DNA from: Clostridia bacterium
GTDB lineage: Bacteria > Bacillota > Clostridia > Oscillospirales > CAG-272
NCBI GenBank assembly: GCA_900753295.1
Contig: CAADYQ010000151.1
Span: 1-51,668 of the forward strand
DNA: 51,668 bases
Direction: 5' to 3'
Below the pieces are notes generated by a model. It had not been told where the DNA came from. It did not search any database and saw only the letters and a list, made by a program, of their open reading frames with translations. The position numbers and the translations under genes are program-made. This document shows positions 1 through 8,916 of this stretch, piece by piece (position 1 is the stretch's first letter; each line of letters begins with the position of its first letter).

Positions 1-398
1 TAGCCGCCGTAAGGCGTTGCCCCGGCGACTTCATCGGATTCGGGGTATGCAGTCTTTCCCACGAGGATATCAAATGAATCCGAGGAATATCCCTCGCCGG
101 GCATGAGAAAGTCGGTCGTAAATGTGACCTCCCCGCCCGATGCAGCCTTGAGCGCCGCGGTTATCTCTTTGGCGGCTTCGGACACGTTATCGGCGCACAC
201 ATCCGGTCTTATGACCCGGTAATTGACGCCATCCTGCCCCCACAGCGCCGGGAATGCGACGGTGGTAGTCTCCGCCGCCGTGGTGGAGGCGCTACTGTCA
301 TCCCCGCCGCCGCTGCCGTTCGTGCATGCCGCAAGCAGAAGAACGACCGCCAGAAGCGCCGCACACAGAAGATGCTTCAAACTCTTTGTTTGTATCAT
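1..398 (-). CDS. lipoprotein, N-terminal fragment (gene runs off the window edge)
   Basis: Not in the ORF track because it is edge-truncated. Reverse-strand ATG at 398-396. Translation MIQTKSLKHLLCAALLAVVLLLAACTNGSGGG gives a signal peptide plus lipobox Cys. Frame stays open to nt 1. It starts 10 nt after the stop of 409..1896, so it is probably co-transcribed. Confidence 0.6.
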   Translation of the reverse strand, partial: MIQTKSLKHLLCAALLAVVLLLAACTNGSGGGDDSSASTTAAETTTVAFPALWGQDGVNYRVIRPDVCADNVSEAAKEITAALKAASGGEVTFTTDFLMPGEGYSSDSFDILVGKTAYPESDEVAGATPYGG

Positions 399-408
399 TG
401 CGATATGA

Positions 409-1896
409 TCAGCTCTTCATGCCGGATATCGCGGCATCTATATCGGCAATAAATTTCTTTTTGTAAACGTCAAAGGATGTCTTTATGCTTGTGCTCTGGC
501 TCGTATGGAGATTGTGGAGCAGGTTGACGCTGTTGCCAAAGTTGTTTGCAAGCGCTATGTCTATCTGTCCCTTTTCAAAGACCATATCTATCATCTTTAT
601 ATCGGTAGGATTGTTGGCGCACTTGTAATGCAGGATATTTCCCACAAGGTTTGTAACGAGCTTGCCTTCGGTGGCTGCGTAGATAGTTTCAAGAACAAGT
701 CCGATATTCTCGGGATCGGGCGCGGTGGACGGTATGGTCATTCCCTCAACATAGCTGTAAACGGGAGCGACATAATCCTCCTGGTCGGCATTGTACTTGG
801 GAACTATCACAAGACCGTATTCAAAGTCAAGATCGCGCACGGTCTGGACCTCATATGTACCGGTGGATTCAAACAGCGCGCGCCCCTCGTTGAATACCGC
901 GGCATAGTTGAGAGACGACGCACCGGACGAAAAGCCTGCATATCTGCTGGCGGGGCTTCCCGCGACTGCCGCGCATGGCTCGGACATGAACTTATTCATA
1001 AAGTCGGTAAAAACGTCGATGTAGCGCTCGCTGAGTCCGTCATACACGGGATAACCGTCAGCATCGTTATGGGTAATGGTCTCACCCGAGCTTATCATAA
1101 GATTCCGCATATGGTTGACATGACCCGTAAAGCCGAGCACATCCTCGGAAACATCATAAAATCCGTCGTTGTTGTAGTCTCTTGCCGCCGCCTTCATCAT
1201 GGTATACATTTTTTCGTAGGTCCATGTTCCGGCGTCAACACAGTCATATGGGCTTTCAAGCCCGTTATCGGTCACAAGTCCTTTATTGAACGCAAGGATA
1301 TAAAAGCCGCAGTAGTAATTGAGGTGCCCCTGACCGAAAACAACATAGCGCTTGCTTCCTATGTTTACGCTGTTGTTGATGCTCGACGCCCACCACGGAT
1401 TTTCAAGGTCAATGGTATCTATCGATGCGATATCAAGCACCTCGCCGCGCAGATATGACTGAAGCGCGGTGCCCGTGGGAAGCTGGCAGATATCATACAG
1501 GTGCGTTTGCGTGCTGACAGCCGTTGCTATTTCCTTTGATATGTTCTGCGAATTGATCTCGGTCATTACTATATTGAGTCTCTCGCTCACAAGCCGCTGA
1601 CGGTTGTAAACGATATCATCGAGCAGGTTGCCGCTCGTTTCTTCAAGCGCCATCGTGTCATAAGACCATGTGGTAGGTCTTGTGAGGATGCGGAATTCGT
1701 ATTTGTCAAGATCAACAACGGGAAGCGCCTCATATGCTGCGGTCGTTTCCGCTACCTTTGTGGTCGTATCGCCCACGGGGGCGGTGGTCGTAGTGGTGTT
1801 TCCGCCGTTATCCTTTACACATGACGCCATCAGCGCAAGACTGACCGCCGCAAGCGCAAGACAAAGCGTGCGGCTGATAATGGATGTTCTCTTCAT
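409..1896 (-). CDS. extracellular solute-binding lipoprotein (ABC-importer SBP-like)
   Basis: 495-aa ORF. N-terminus MKRTSIISRTLCLALAAVSLALMASC is a lipoprotein signal, followed by a Thr-rich linker. Shares motifs (ENPWW/NQPWW, GTWTYE/GDWTYD) with the paralog at 18858..20363. Confidence 0.75.
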   Translation of the reverse strand: MKRTSIISRTLCLALAAVSLALMASCVKDNGGNTTTTTAPVGDTTTKVAETTAAYEALPVVDLDKYEFRILTRPTTWSYDTMALEETSGNLLDDIVYNRQRLVSERLNIVMTEINSQNISKEIATAVSTQTHLYDICQLPTGTALQSYLRGEVLDIASIDTIDLENPWWASSINNSVNIGSKRYVVFGQGHLNYYCGFYILAFNKGLVTDNGLESPYDCVDAGTWTYEKMYTMMKAAARDYNNDGFYDVSEDVLGFTGHVNHMRNLMISSGETITHNDADGYPVYDGLSERYIDVFTDFMNKFMSEPCAAVAGSPASRYAGFSSGASSLNYAAVFNEGRALFESTGTYEVQTVRDLDFEYGLVIVPKYNADQEDYVAPVYSYVEGMTIPSTAPDPENIGLVLETIYAATEGKLVTNLVGNILHYKCANNPTDIKMIDMVFEKGQIDIALANNFGNSVNLLHNLHTSQSTSIKTSFDVYKKKFIADIDAAISGMKS

Positions 1897-2113
1897 TTCC
1901 GGTTAGGTTCCTTCCTTTGATCAGACTCCGGCGCATTCACATGGAATAAAAAGTTTCGAAAACGTGCGTCTTTCGAAGCGCCGTGTACCGTTTTCACACA
2001 TAATGATACCACACAGCGCACCGGTTGTCAAGCATATTTATCAATTTTCACAGATATTTTTTCGAATCGCGCCCCGATGCGCAAAATATTTTTCGAAAAT
2101 TTCGCCAGAGCTA

Positions 2114-2142
2114 TTGACATTCGTCCGGGATTGTGATAAAGT
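2114..2142 (+). promoter_or_regulatory. sigma-A-like promoter for 2184..3599
   Basis: TTGACA (2114-2119), 17-nt spacer, TAAAGT (2137-2142). Confidence 0.4.
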
Positions 2143-2183
2143 AATAAGGAACAATTTCACACCGAAAGGTCAAACATTTCAGA

Positions 2184-3599
2184 ATGAGATCGGAAAATAA
2201 AAAAAAGCTCCTCGCCGGAGCTGCAAAAACAGATATAACCCCGCGCCTGCCTGTAAGACTGGTCGGGCAATACTATACGCGGCTTGCCGTATCGGTATAC
2301 AGCAGGCTTGAGGCAAACATACTTGCGCTCGAGGATGAGGACGGCGATGCCGCCGTCTTTGTTTCCTGCGATCTGCTGGCGGTGAGCCGTGAATTCACCG
2401 CCGCCGTGCGCCGGAAGCTCGCAGAGATCGCCGATTCACCTGCCCCCGAATGCGTTATGCTCTCCGCTATACATACGCACACCGCGCCTTACCTTTCAGA
2501 CGATGCCATGGCAAACTTCTGGGGAAATGATTTTCGCATTTCTCCCGACCCGGACAGCGAAACACTTCCCGCCGACTATGCCGATGAAATTTCGGGAAAG
2601 ATCGCACATGCCATTGCCGAGGCATGGCAGGCGCGCCGTCCCGTGTCGCTTGCCGCAGGATTTGACCATATTTCGATAGCATACAACCGCCGCACGAGGT
2701 ATGCCGACGGACACACCGAGATGTACGGCTCGACCGCGCGCCCCGACTTTATGGAGATCGAAGGGACCGTGGACAACGGGATACACTTCATTATTCTGAA
2801 GGATGACGACGGAAGGACGGTCGCCTCCGTCATTGAAGCCGCCTGCCCCTCTCAGGTCATGGAGCATCACGATTTCATCTGCTCCGATTATTGGGATGTC
2901 GTAAGGCACAAGATTGCGGAAAGAATGGGAGACTTCCCTCTCGTTTCGCTTTGCGGAGCGGCGGGCGATCTCTCGCCCCGCGATCTCGTGCGCACCGCGA
3001 TGGACGAGCCGCTGATGCACGCCACCGAGATGTACAATGCACCCGGCATGGAGCGCGTTGCGTCGCGCATATGCGAGGCGTTCTTCCGCTTTGCGGATTC
3101 AGCCGTATACACGTCAGACGCCGCTCTGCGGCATGAGGTGCATTTCAGCCGTCTTCCGCTCCGCCGTGTGACCGAAGAGGAGGCGCAACGCGCGTCCTGT
3201 GAATACGATGCACTGCGTGCGAAATACAAAACGATAGGAGAATTCACCGAGGGCGAATGCACCGAGCTTTCTCGTCTTGCCGCAACACGCAACAGACTTG
3301 CGTATCAGAACACGACCTTCACCCATCCGGTCGAGATCCACGCGCTGAAGCTGGGCGGTGTTTCGATAGTTACCGATCCCTTTGAGCTTTTTGTCGCATA
3401 CGCGGACCGCATACGTGCGGGGAGCGGGAATCCCAATACGATGGTGGTCCAGCTCACCAACGGATACGAAGGCTATCTTCCCACCGCCAAGGCGATTTCA
3501 TGCGGCGGATACAGTGCCGGCGTGAACAACGGCTTTCTCGGCAGTGAAGGCGGAGACACGCTCGTCCGCGAGTCACTTGAAATGTTGAAAAAAATATAA
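2184..3599 (+). CDS. neutral/alkaline ceramidase-like domain protein (hydrolase of unknown substrate)
   Basis: 471-aa ORF. The N-terminal pattern GAAKTDITP...RLEANILALED...VFVSCDL resembles the N-terminal signature of the non-lysosomal ceramidase family, recalled from memory. Confidence 0.55.
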   Translation: MRSENKKKLLAGAAKTDITPRLPVRLVGQYYTRLAVSVYSRLEANILALEDEDGDAAVFVSCDLLAVSREFTAAVRRKLAEIADSPAPECVMLSAIHTHTAPYLSDDAMANFWGNDFRISPDPDSETLPADYADEISGKIAHAIAEAWQARRPVSLAAGFDHISIAYNRRTRYADGHTEMYGSTARPDFMEIEGTVDNGIHFIILKDDDGRTVASVIEAACPSQVMEHHDFICSDYWDVVRHKIAERMGDFPLVSLCGAAGDLSPRDLVRTAMDEPLMHATEMYNAPGMERVASRICEAFFRFADSAVYTSDAALRHEVHFSRLPLRRVTEEEAQRASCEYDALRAKYKTIGEFTEGECTELSRLAATRNRLAYQNTTFTHPVEIHALKLGGVSIVTDPFELFVAYADRIRAGSGNPNTMVVQLTNGYEGYLPTAKAISCGGYSAGVNNGFLGSEGGDTLVRESLEMLKKI

Positions 3600-3613
3600 G
3601 TAAATATATAACC

Positions 3614-3647
3614 AAAGGGCTATCCCGCTAATGCGTGATAGCCCTTT
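3614..3647. terminator. bidirectional intrinsic terminator
   Basis: AAAGGGCTATC...GATAGCCCTTTT hairpin with an A-run before and a T-run after, between convergent genes. Confidence 0.7.
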
Positions 3648-3652
3648 TATTC

Positions 3653-5857
3653 TTATTCCGCGACGAAATGCCACACGCGGCTTTCGCCGTCGCGCCATGA
3701 ACCGGTAAGGTTAAGTCCCGCATTCATGAGCAGTGCGCCCGAATAGCTTCTTCCGCTTTCGGTATCGGTGTATGTTACGCCGGGATCCAGTCCGCGAAGA
3801 CGTATGTACCGCGACACAGACGGCTGTGTGCGTATCACGACATAGGTGAGCAGCACTTCCCTTTTGTCTGTCGATACCGATTCCCACGCCGCCGCAGAGG
3901 TCATGTCTCCCTTAGACTTTGCGGGATCGATAAGGCGGTAATAATCGCCGTTCTGGATAACATCATAGTATTCATGATAAGCGGCGACCTGGCGGCGCAC
4001 AAGCTCGCGCTCCTCGTCGTTCAGTTTGGTAAGGTCAAGCTCGTATCCGAAGGCGCCCGCCAGCGCCACATCACCGCGGGTCTTGAACGGCGTTGAGCGC
4101 CTTGTCTGATGGTTGGGGCAAGCCGAAACATGAGCACTCATAGAGGACGGCGGATATACGAGCGAGGTCCCGTACTGAATTTCAAGCCTCTCTATCGCAT
4201 CCGTATCGTCGCTCGTCCATATCTGAGGACTGTAATAAAGCATTCCGGCATCAAAGCGTCCGCCGCCGCCCGAGCAGCCCTCGAGCAAAAGATGCGGGAA
4301 TGCCGTGAGCAGGCGCTCAAGCAGCTCATAAACGCCGAGCATATATCTGTGTGTGACCTCGCTCTGCCGGTCGGGCGGGAGCAGCTCGCTGCCCACCTCG
4401 GTCAGGTTGCGGTTGAAGTCCCATTTGACGTATTCGATATTCGCGGATGAAAGTATTTTGTACATCTGGTCAAAGATATTGTCCCTCACATCCTTGCGGG
4501 ACATATCGAGAACATACTGATTGCGTCCGATGGAACGTTCGCGTCCCTCGGTGTGCAGGCACCAGTCGGGGTGCGCGCGGTAAAGGTCGCTGTCGGGCGA
4601 GATCATCTCCGGCTCGAACCAGATGCCGAATTTAACGCCGAGCGCGTTTACACGGCGCACCAGCTCGCCAAGTCCGCCCCTGAGCTTATCCTCATTGACA
4701 TACCAGTCTCCGAGAGAGGATTTATCGTTATTGCGTCTGCCGAACCAGCCGTCATCCATAACGAGCATTTCGATACCGAGATCGGCGGCATCCTTTGCGA
4801 TGGCGACAAGCTTGTCGGCATCGAAGTTGAAATAAGTCGCCTCCCAGTTGTTTACGATGATCGGGCGTTTTTTGGTCTTCCATTCGCCGCGGCAGAGATT
4901 GTAGCGGTACAGCTTATGATATGTACGGCTCATCCCGCCCACGCCGTGATCGGAGTACACCATAACGACCTCCGGCGCTTGAAAACTTTCGCCCGGCTCG
5001 AGCTTCCATGCAAAGTCCACCGGATCGATACCCATAAGCACGCGGGTGGAACGCATACAGTCTACCTCGACCTCAGCCGCAAAGTTGCCGGAATACACGA
5101 ACGAAAATCCGAAGACCTCTCCGCTTTCCTCGGTATAGCCGTCACGCGCAAGAGCGATGAAGGGATTGTTATTATGGCTCGACGAGCCACGGCGGGAATG
5201 TATCCCCTGAAGTCCGAAATCAAGGTGGCGCGTGACGAGAGTGCGCTCCTTCGCCCAACGACCCTGAAGATGGAGCATATCAAAATCCATTTCGGTGAAA
5301 TCGACCGCAGCCGAATGCACACGCTCAACTGAAAAGGGCTTGTCGGACGTATTTCTGACCCTCACGCTGCGCGTTATGGCATCAAGCCCGGTAAATGCGG
5401 TATAGATCAAAGTGACCTCGGCTCCGGTGAGCACGTCTTCGCATACGATCTCAAGCGTATCCGCCTCGCTGTCTTCATTCGTGTATGTGGCGGGAAGCCC
5501 CTCAAGGCGCGGCTTGCCGGCGTAGATGCGGTGCGATCTGTAACGTATATCGGTGACGCTCGATCCGCTCACGCCGCGCACGGAAAATGCGACGGAACGG
5601 AAATCGCCCGAACCGTTTACCGGGTATTCAAGCTGTGCGGTGTCAAGCGACAAGCCGCCCTCCTCGGGCGAGGCGACACACGCGCTGAACGACGCATTGC
5701 GCTGTCTCATGCGCAGATAGTCAAGGTCGGTATCCGGCACGTATGCACCGTAGTAAAGGTGAAGAAGATATCCTGTGGGGCTTATCTTCATCGCATAGCT
5801 CGACGACGGTGTGTCAAGCTTGAAAACTCGTTTTTTGCTGTCAAAAATAACGGACAT
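3653..5857 (-). CDS. alpha-galactosidase, GH36 family
   Basis: GH36 signatures KWDFNR and CSGGGGRFD in the translation. Start moved to ATG 5857 (GGAGGAG 8 nt upstream) rather than the TTG at 5875 used by the ORF track. Confidence 0.9.
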   Translation of the reverse strand: MSVIFDSKKRVFKLDTPSSSYAMKISPTGYLLHLYYGAYVPDTDLDYLRMRQRNASFSACVASPEEGGLSLDTAQLEYPVNGSGDFRSVAFSVRGVSGSSVTDIRYRSHRIYAGKPRLEGLPATYTNEDSEADTLEIVCEDVLTGAEVTLIYTAFTGLDAITRSVRVRNTSDKPFSVERVHSAAVDFTEMDFDMLHLQGRWAKERTLVTRHLDFGLQGIHSRRGSSSHNNNPFIALARDGYTEESGEVFGFSFVYSGNFAAEVEVDCMRSTRVLMGIDPVDFAWKLEPGESFQAPEVVMVYSDHGVGGMSRTYHKLYRYNLCRGEWKTKKRPIIVNNWEATYFNFDADKLVAIAKDAADLGIEMLVMDDGWFGRRNNDKSSLGDWYVNEDKLRGGLGELVRRVNALGVKFGIWFEPEMISPDSDLYRAHPDWCLHTEGRERSIGRNQYVLDMSRKDVRDNIFDQMYKILSSANIEYVKWDFNRNLTEVGSELLPPDRQSEVTHRYMLGVYELLERLLTAFPHLLLEGCSGGGGRFDAGMLYYSPQIWTSDDTDAIERLEIQYGTSLVYPPSSMSAHVSACPNHQTRRSTPFKTRGDVALAGAFGYELDLTKLNDEERELVRRQVAAYHEYYDVIQNGDYYRLIDPAKSKGDMTSAAAWESVSTDKREVLLTYVVIRTQPSVSRYIRLRGLDPGVTYTDTESGRSYSGALLMNAGLNLTGSWRDGESRVWHFVAE

Positions 5858-5878
5858 TTTCTTTTCTCCTCCCAAAGA

Positions 5879-7240
5879 TCAGTCTCGGTATGTTTTTATG
5901 TTTTTGCGGTAAAAGTGTATTAAGAACGGCACTGAAATAACGAACGTGGCAAGATCGGCGGCGGGCTGGCTCATTTCAACTCCTGTGCATTTAAAAAGCA
6001 GTGGGAGCAGAAACACCGCGGGGACAAAGAATATTCCCTGCCGGCAGCTTGCCAGCACTGTGGCAGGCAATTTGAAGCCGAGGCATTGATAAAGCTGATT
6101 CACGTATGTCGATACCGCCATGAACGGCATTACCGCGCACGCAAACAGCAATGTCTCCGCGCCTATCCGCGCCACATCGGCGTCATCGCAGAACCACCGC
6201 ATGAGCGGCGCCGAAAACGCCGCGATAACCGTAGCGCATACAACGCATATCACAGTTCCGACAAGCGATGCAAATTTGAACGCCTGCCACGCGCGGCGGC
6301 GCTTGCCCGCACTGTAATTGTATCCCGCTACCGGCTGAAAGCCCTGTCCGATACCGAGAATGATATTTCTGACGAATATGTATATCTTATTCGCGATGGT
6401 TATTGCGGAAACGGCGGCGTCGCCGTAAACGACCGCCTGCATATTGATAAGCGCCGAGGCAAGGCTGCCAAGTCCCTGACGGAATATGGTCGGAAGTCCC
6501 GTTGCAAGTATAAGCAGATAATCGCGCACGTTGCGGCTGACCGACCGCAGACGTATCCTGACTATCGACTTTCCCGTGAGAAAGACAAGAAGAAGTATCA
6601 AAAAGCTGATAAGCTGGCTAAGCGCAGTTGCAAGAGCCGCGCCGCCTGTCCCCATGTCGAGCGTGAAAATGAACAGCGGATCGAGCACCATATTGAGCAC
6701 GCCGCCGATCCCGAGCCCCCACATTGCGACATTGGACTCGCCCTCCGCCCGCAGAGTATTGTTAAGAACGAAGGACGCGCAGCTAAGCGGAGCTACGGCA
6801 AGTATCCACACGGCATAGTCAAGCGCATACGGAAGCATGGTATCGGTGCATTTCAAAGCCCGAAGAATAGGCTCGAGCGCCGCGAGGAAGCCCCAACCGA
6901 CAAGTCCACCGGAGACGAGCGCGGCAAAAAAAGCGCTTGACGCGTACATCTCCGCCGCCCGGTCGTCCTTGGCGCCGAGTCTTAAGCTGATAAGACTCCC
7001 CGCACCCATTCCGATACCGTATCCGACCGCCTGTATCACCGCCATGAGCGTATATACCATACCGACCGCCGCAGACGCGGATTTGTTTATCTGAGACACA
7101 AAATATGTATCCGCTGTATTGTAAACGACCGTTACAAGCATGCTTACGGTCGTGGGGATTGCCAATGATGTCACAAGGCGCGGTATCGACGTATTTATCA
7201 TACGGCCGTACTGCTCCTCGCTGTTAAGAACGCGCGGCAT
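5879..7240 (-). CDS. MATE family efflux transporter
   Basis: 453 aa, hydrophobic throughout (about 12 TM). MATE-like N-terminus LAIPTTVSMLVTVVYNTADTYFVSQ. Confidence 0.85.
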   Translation of the reverse strand: MPRVLNSEEQYGRMINTSIPRLVTSLAIPTTVSMLVTVVYNTADTYFVSQINKSASAAVGMVYTLMAVIQAVGYGIGMGAGSLISLRLGAKDDRAAEMYASSAFFAALVSGGLVGWGFLAALEPILRALKCTDTMLPYALDYAVWILAVAPLSCASFVLNNTLRAEGESNVAMWGLGIGGVLNMVLDPLFIFTLDMGTGGAALATALSQLISFLILLLVFLTGKSIVRIRLRSVSRNVRDYLLILATGLPTIFRQGLGSLASALINMQAVVYGDAAVSAITIANKIYIFVRNIILGIGQGFQPVAGYNYSAGKRRRAWQAFKFASLVGTVICVVCATVIAAFSAPLMRWFCDDADVARIGAETLLFACAVMPFMAVSTYVNQLYQCLGFKLPATVLASCRQGIFFVPAVFLLPLLFKCTGVEMSQPAADLATFVISVPFLIHFYRKNIKTYRD

Positions 7241-7279
7241 ATTATTTTCCTTTCAGTTCGTCAAGATCGTATGCCGCTC

Positions 7280-7777
7280 TCACAGCAGCTTTTCATACAT
7301 ATAAAAATCGATGTCATACATCCGGCATTCGCCGCAAAGCTCAAATCCGAGCTTTTCATAGGTCCTGACTGCCGCGCGGTTGGCGCGGGCGGCAAGCAGA
7401 TGCACGGCGGGACAGCCTTCGTTTTTCAGGCTCCGGGTGACAGCCGAAATAATATCCGCGGCGTATCCGTGTCCCCGGCGGTCCGGGCGGACCGCCAGAC
7501 GCGACAATTCAAGAACGCCGTCTCCGCTCATCCGCCAGCCGGCGAGCGCTTCAAGCTCGCTCCTTGTGACGGATATACATCCGACGGTCGCCCCTCCGAT
7601 CTCCGCAACATACAGTCCGTTTACCGCAAGGTCGCGCTCGGCATCCCGGCGGAGAGGGTAATATTCGTTCCATGTTGTGCCCTCAATCCCGATGCACGAA
7701 CGGTAGAGCACCTCGATTTCGTCTATATCGCTTTCCCCGGCGCGGCGCAGTGCGATTGCTCCGGCTTCAGGCATCAT
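7280..7777 (-). CDS. GNAT family N-acetyltransferase
   Basis: The acetyl-CoA motif region LAVRPDRRGHGYAADII is GNAT motif A-like. Start placed at MMPEAG (7777) so that it overlaps the upstream gene by only 11 nt. Confidence 0.75.
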   Translation of the reverse strand: MMPEAGAIALRRAGESDIDEIEVLYRSCIGIEGTTWNEYYPLRRDAERDLAVNGLYVAEIGGATVGCISVTRSELEALAGWRMSGDGVLELSRLAVRPDRRGHGYAADIISAVTRSLKNEGCPAVHLLAARANRAAVRTYEKLGFELCGECRMYDIDFYMYEKLL

Positions 7778-8360
7778 AGTGCGCCATATATTCCGCGATA
7801 TCCGCCTCACAGGAACGCATGGCAAGTATCGTATCGCCGAAGAGCCGGTCAAGCTCCCAGCCGAGACGCTCGGCGCCGGTGCGTATCACATCGCGCGAGC
7901 AGCCTGCGGCAAATTTTTTATCCTTGAATTTCTTTTTGAGGCTCGATACCTCCATATCCATGACGCTCTTTGACGGGCGCATGAGCGCCGTTGACCAGAT
8001 GAGCCCTGTCAGCTCGTCCGCCGCGAAAAGCACCTTTTCCATTTCATGCTCCGGCTCGATATCACAGCATATCCCATAGCCGTGTGAGCAGACGGCGTGT
8101 ATCATATCCTCGCCAACACCGCCGGCGGCAAGCAATTCGGGCGCTTTTTTGCAATGCTCGTCGGGGTAAAGCTCAAAATCGATGTCGTGCAGAAGCCCGA
8201 CGATGCCCCAGTAGTCAGCCTCGTCACCACAGCCGAGTTTTTCGGCATACCGGCGCATAACGCCCTCGACGGTCAGTGCGTGCTGAATGTGAAACGGCTC
8301 TTTATTGTATTTGCGGAGAAGCGCGAACGCCTCGTCCCTTGTTATATTGCTTTTTCTCAT
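7767..8360 (-). CDS. HD-domain phosphohydrolase
   Basis: 197 aa. H...HD signature in HIQHAL...GLLHDIDFE. Size and layout typical of stand-alone HD/HDIG proteins. Confidence 0.8.
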   Translation of the reverse strand: MRKSNITRDEAFALLRKYNKEPFHIQHALTVEGVMRRYAEKLGCGDEADYWGIVGLLHDIDFELYPDEHCKKAPELLAAGGVGEDMIHAVCSHGYGICCDIEPEHEMEKVLFAADELTGLIWSTALMRPSKSVMDMEVSSLKKKFKDKKFAAGCSRDVIRTGAERLGWELDRLFGDTILAMRSCEADIAEYMAHYDA

Positions 8361-8398
8361 TTTTGATCCTTTTTGTTTGCTTGAATATTTCAGAAAGA

Positions 8399-8427
8399 AT
8401 TATACCACAATACCGGACAAAAAACAA
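8399..8427 (-). promoter_or_regulatory. candidate promoter of the HD-domain gene
   Basis: On the reverse strand: TTGTTT, 17 nt, TATAAT, with TGG immediately upstream of the -10 (extended -10 like). Confidence 0.4.
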
Positions 8428-8439
8428 GATAAAAATATC
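8410..8439 (+). repeat. direct repeat copy 1 (ATACCGGACAAAAAACAAGATAAAAATATC)
   Basis: Matches 10787..10814 with 1 substitution and a 2-nt indel. Confidence 0.7.
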
Positions 8440-8473
8440 ATCAACGCGCGTCATGCAAAGCCTTAACGGGCAT

Positions 8474-8521
8474 AAATAAAAAAAGCCGCCGGAGGGTCCC
8501 TTCACGACATTCCGCGGCGGC
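8474..8521 (-). terminator. orphan reverse-strand intrinsic terminator-like hairpin
   Basis: Reverse strand reads GCCGCCGCGG..(loop)..CCGGCGGC followed by TTTTTTTATTT. No reverse-strand gene lies upstream of it. Confidence 0.35.
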
Positions 8522-8568
8522 GCGGGCAAATATAAACCAATGGTTGATGAAAGCTTTTCCGCAAGCGG

Positions 8569-8597
8569 TTGACAAACGGTGAAAGGAATGCTATACT
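8569..8597 (+). promoter_or_regulatory. near-consensus sigma-A promoter
   Basis: TTGACA (8569-8574), 17 nt, TATACT (8592-8597). Confidence 0.6.
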
Positions 8598-8641
8598 GTT
8601 ACCGTAACAAAAAAGTTCAGTCAAAGGAGGCGATCGTTAAG

Positions 8642-8692
8642 ATGAAGACCTATATTTATCGGATGTCTGATGTATCGCCTGCGGTATGCTGA
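8642..8692 (+). CDS. candidate 16-aa leader peptide MKTYIYRMSDVSPAVC
   Basis: AGGAGG at 8625-8630, 11 nt before the ATG. The ORF ends 25 nt before terminator hairpin 1. Below the ORF-track size cut-off. Confidence 0.4.
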   Translation: MKTYIYRMSDVSPAVC

Positions 8693-8716
8693 ACGTAAGG
8701 CTTATACTGTTTTATG

Positions 8717-8746
8717 CACATCCGATCCCGGGTGTGTTTTTTGTTT
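8717..8746 (+). terminator. leader terminator 1
   Basis: 8-bp stem CACATCCG/CGGGTGTG (one G-U pair), 4-nt loop, then TTTTTTGTTT. Confidence 0.6.
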
Positions 8747-8781
8747 GTCCGAACGTTTTTTCGCGGCAAACATGCTTCTTT

Positions 8782-8810
8782 AAGCACCCGTCGGGGTGTT
8801 TTTTGTTTTT
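8782..8810 (+). terminator. leader terminator 2 (weaker)
   Basis: CACCC-GTCG-GGGTG hairpin followed by TTTTTTGTTTTT. Confidence 0.45.
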
Positions 8811-8916
8811 CACGGGATGTCCCGGAATATAAATGTTCAGCATACGGAAAGGAGAATTTTTATTATGAACACAAGCGCGACCACAGCACTTTTTTACAAC
8901 GAAACAGGAGATGCAC

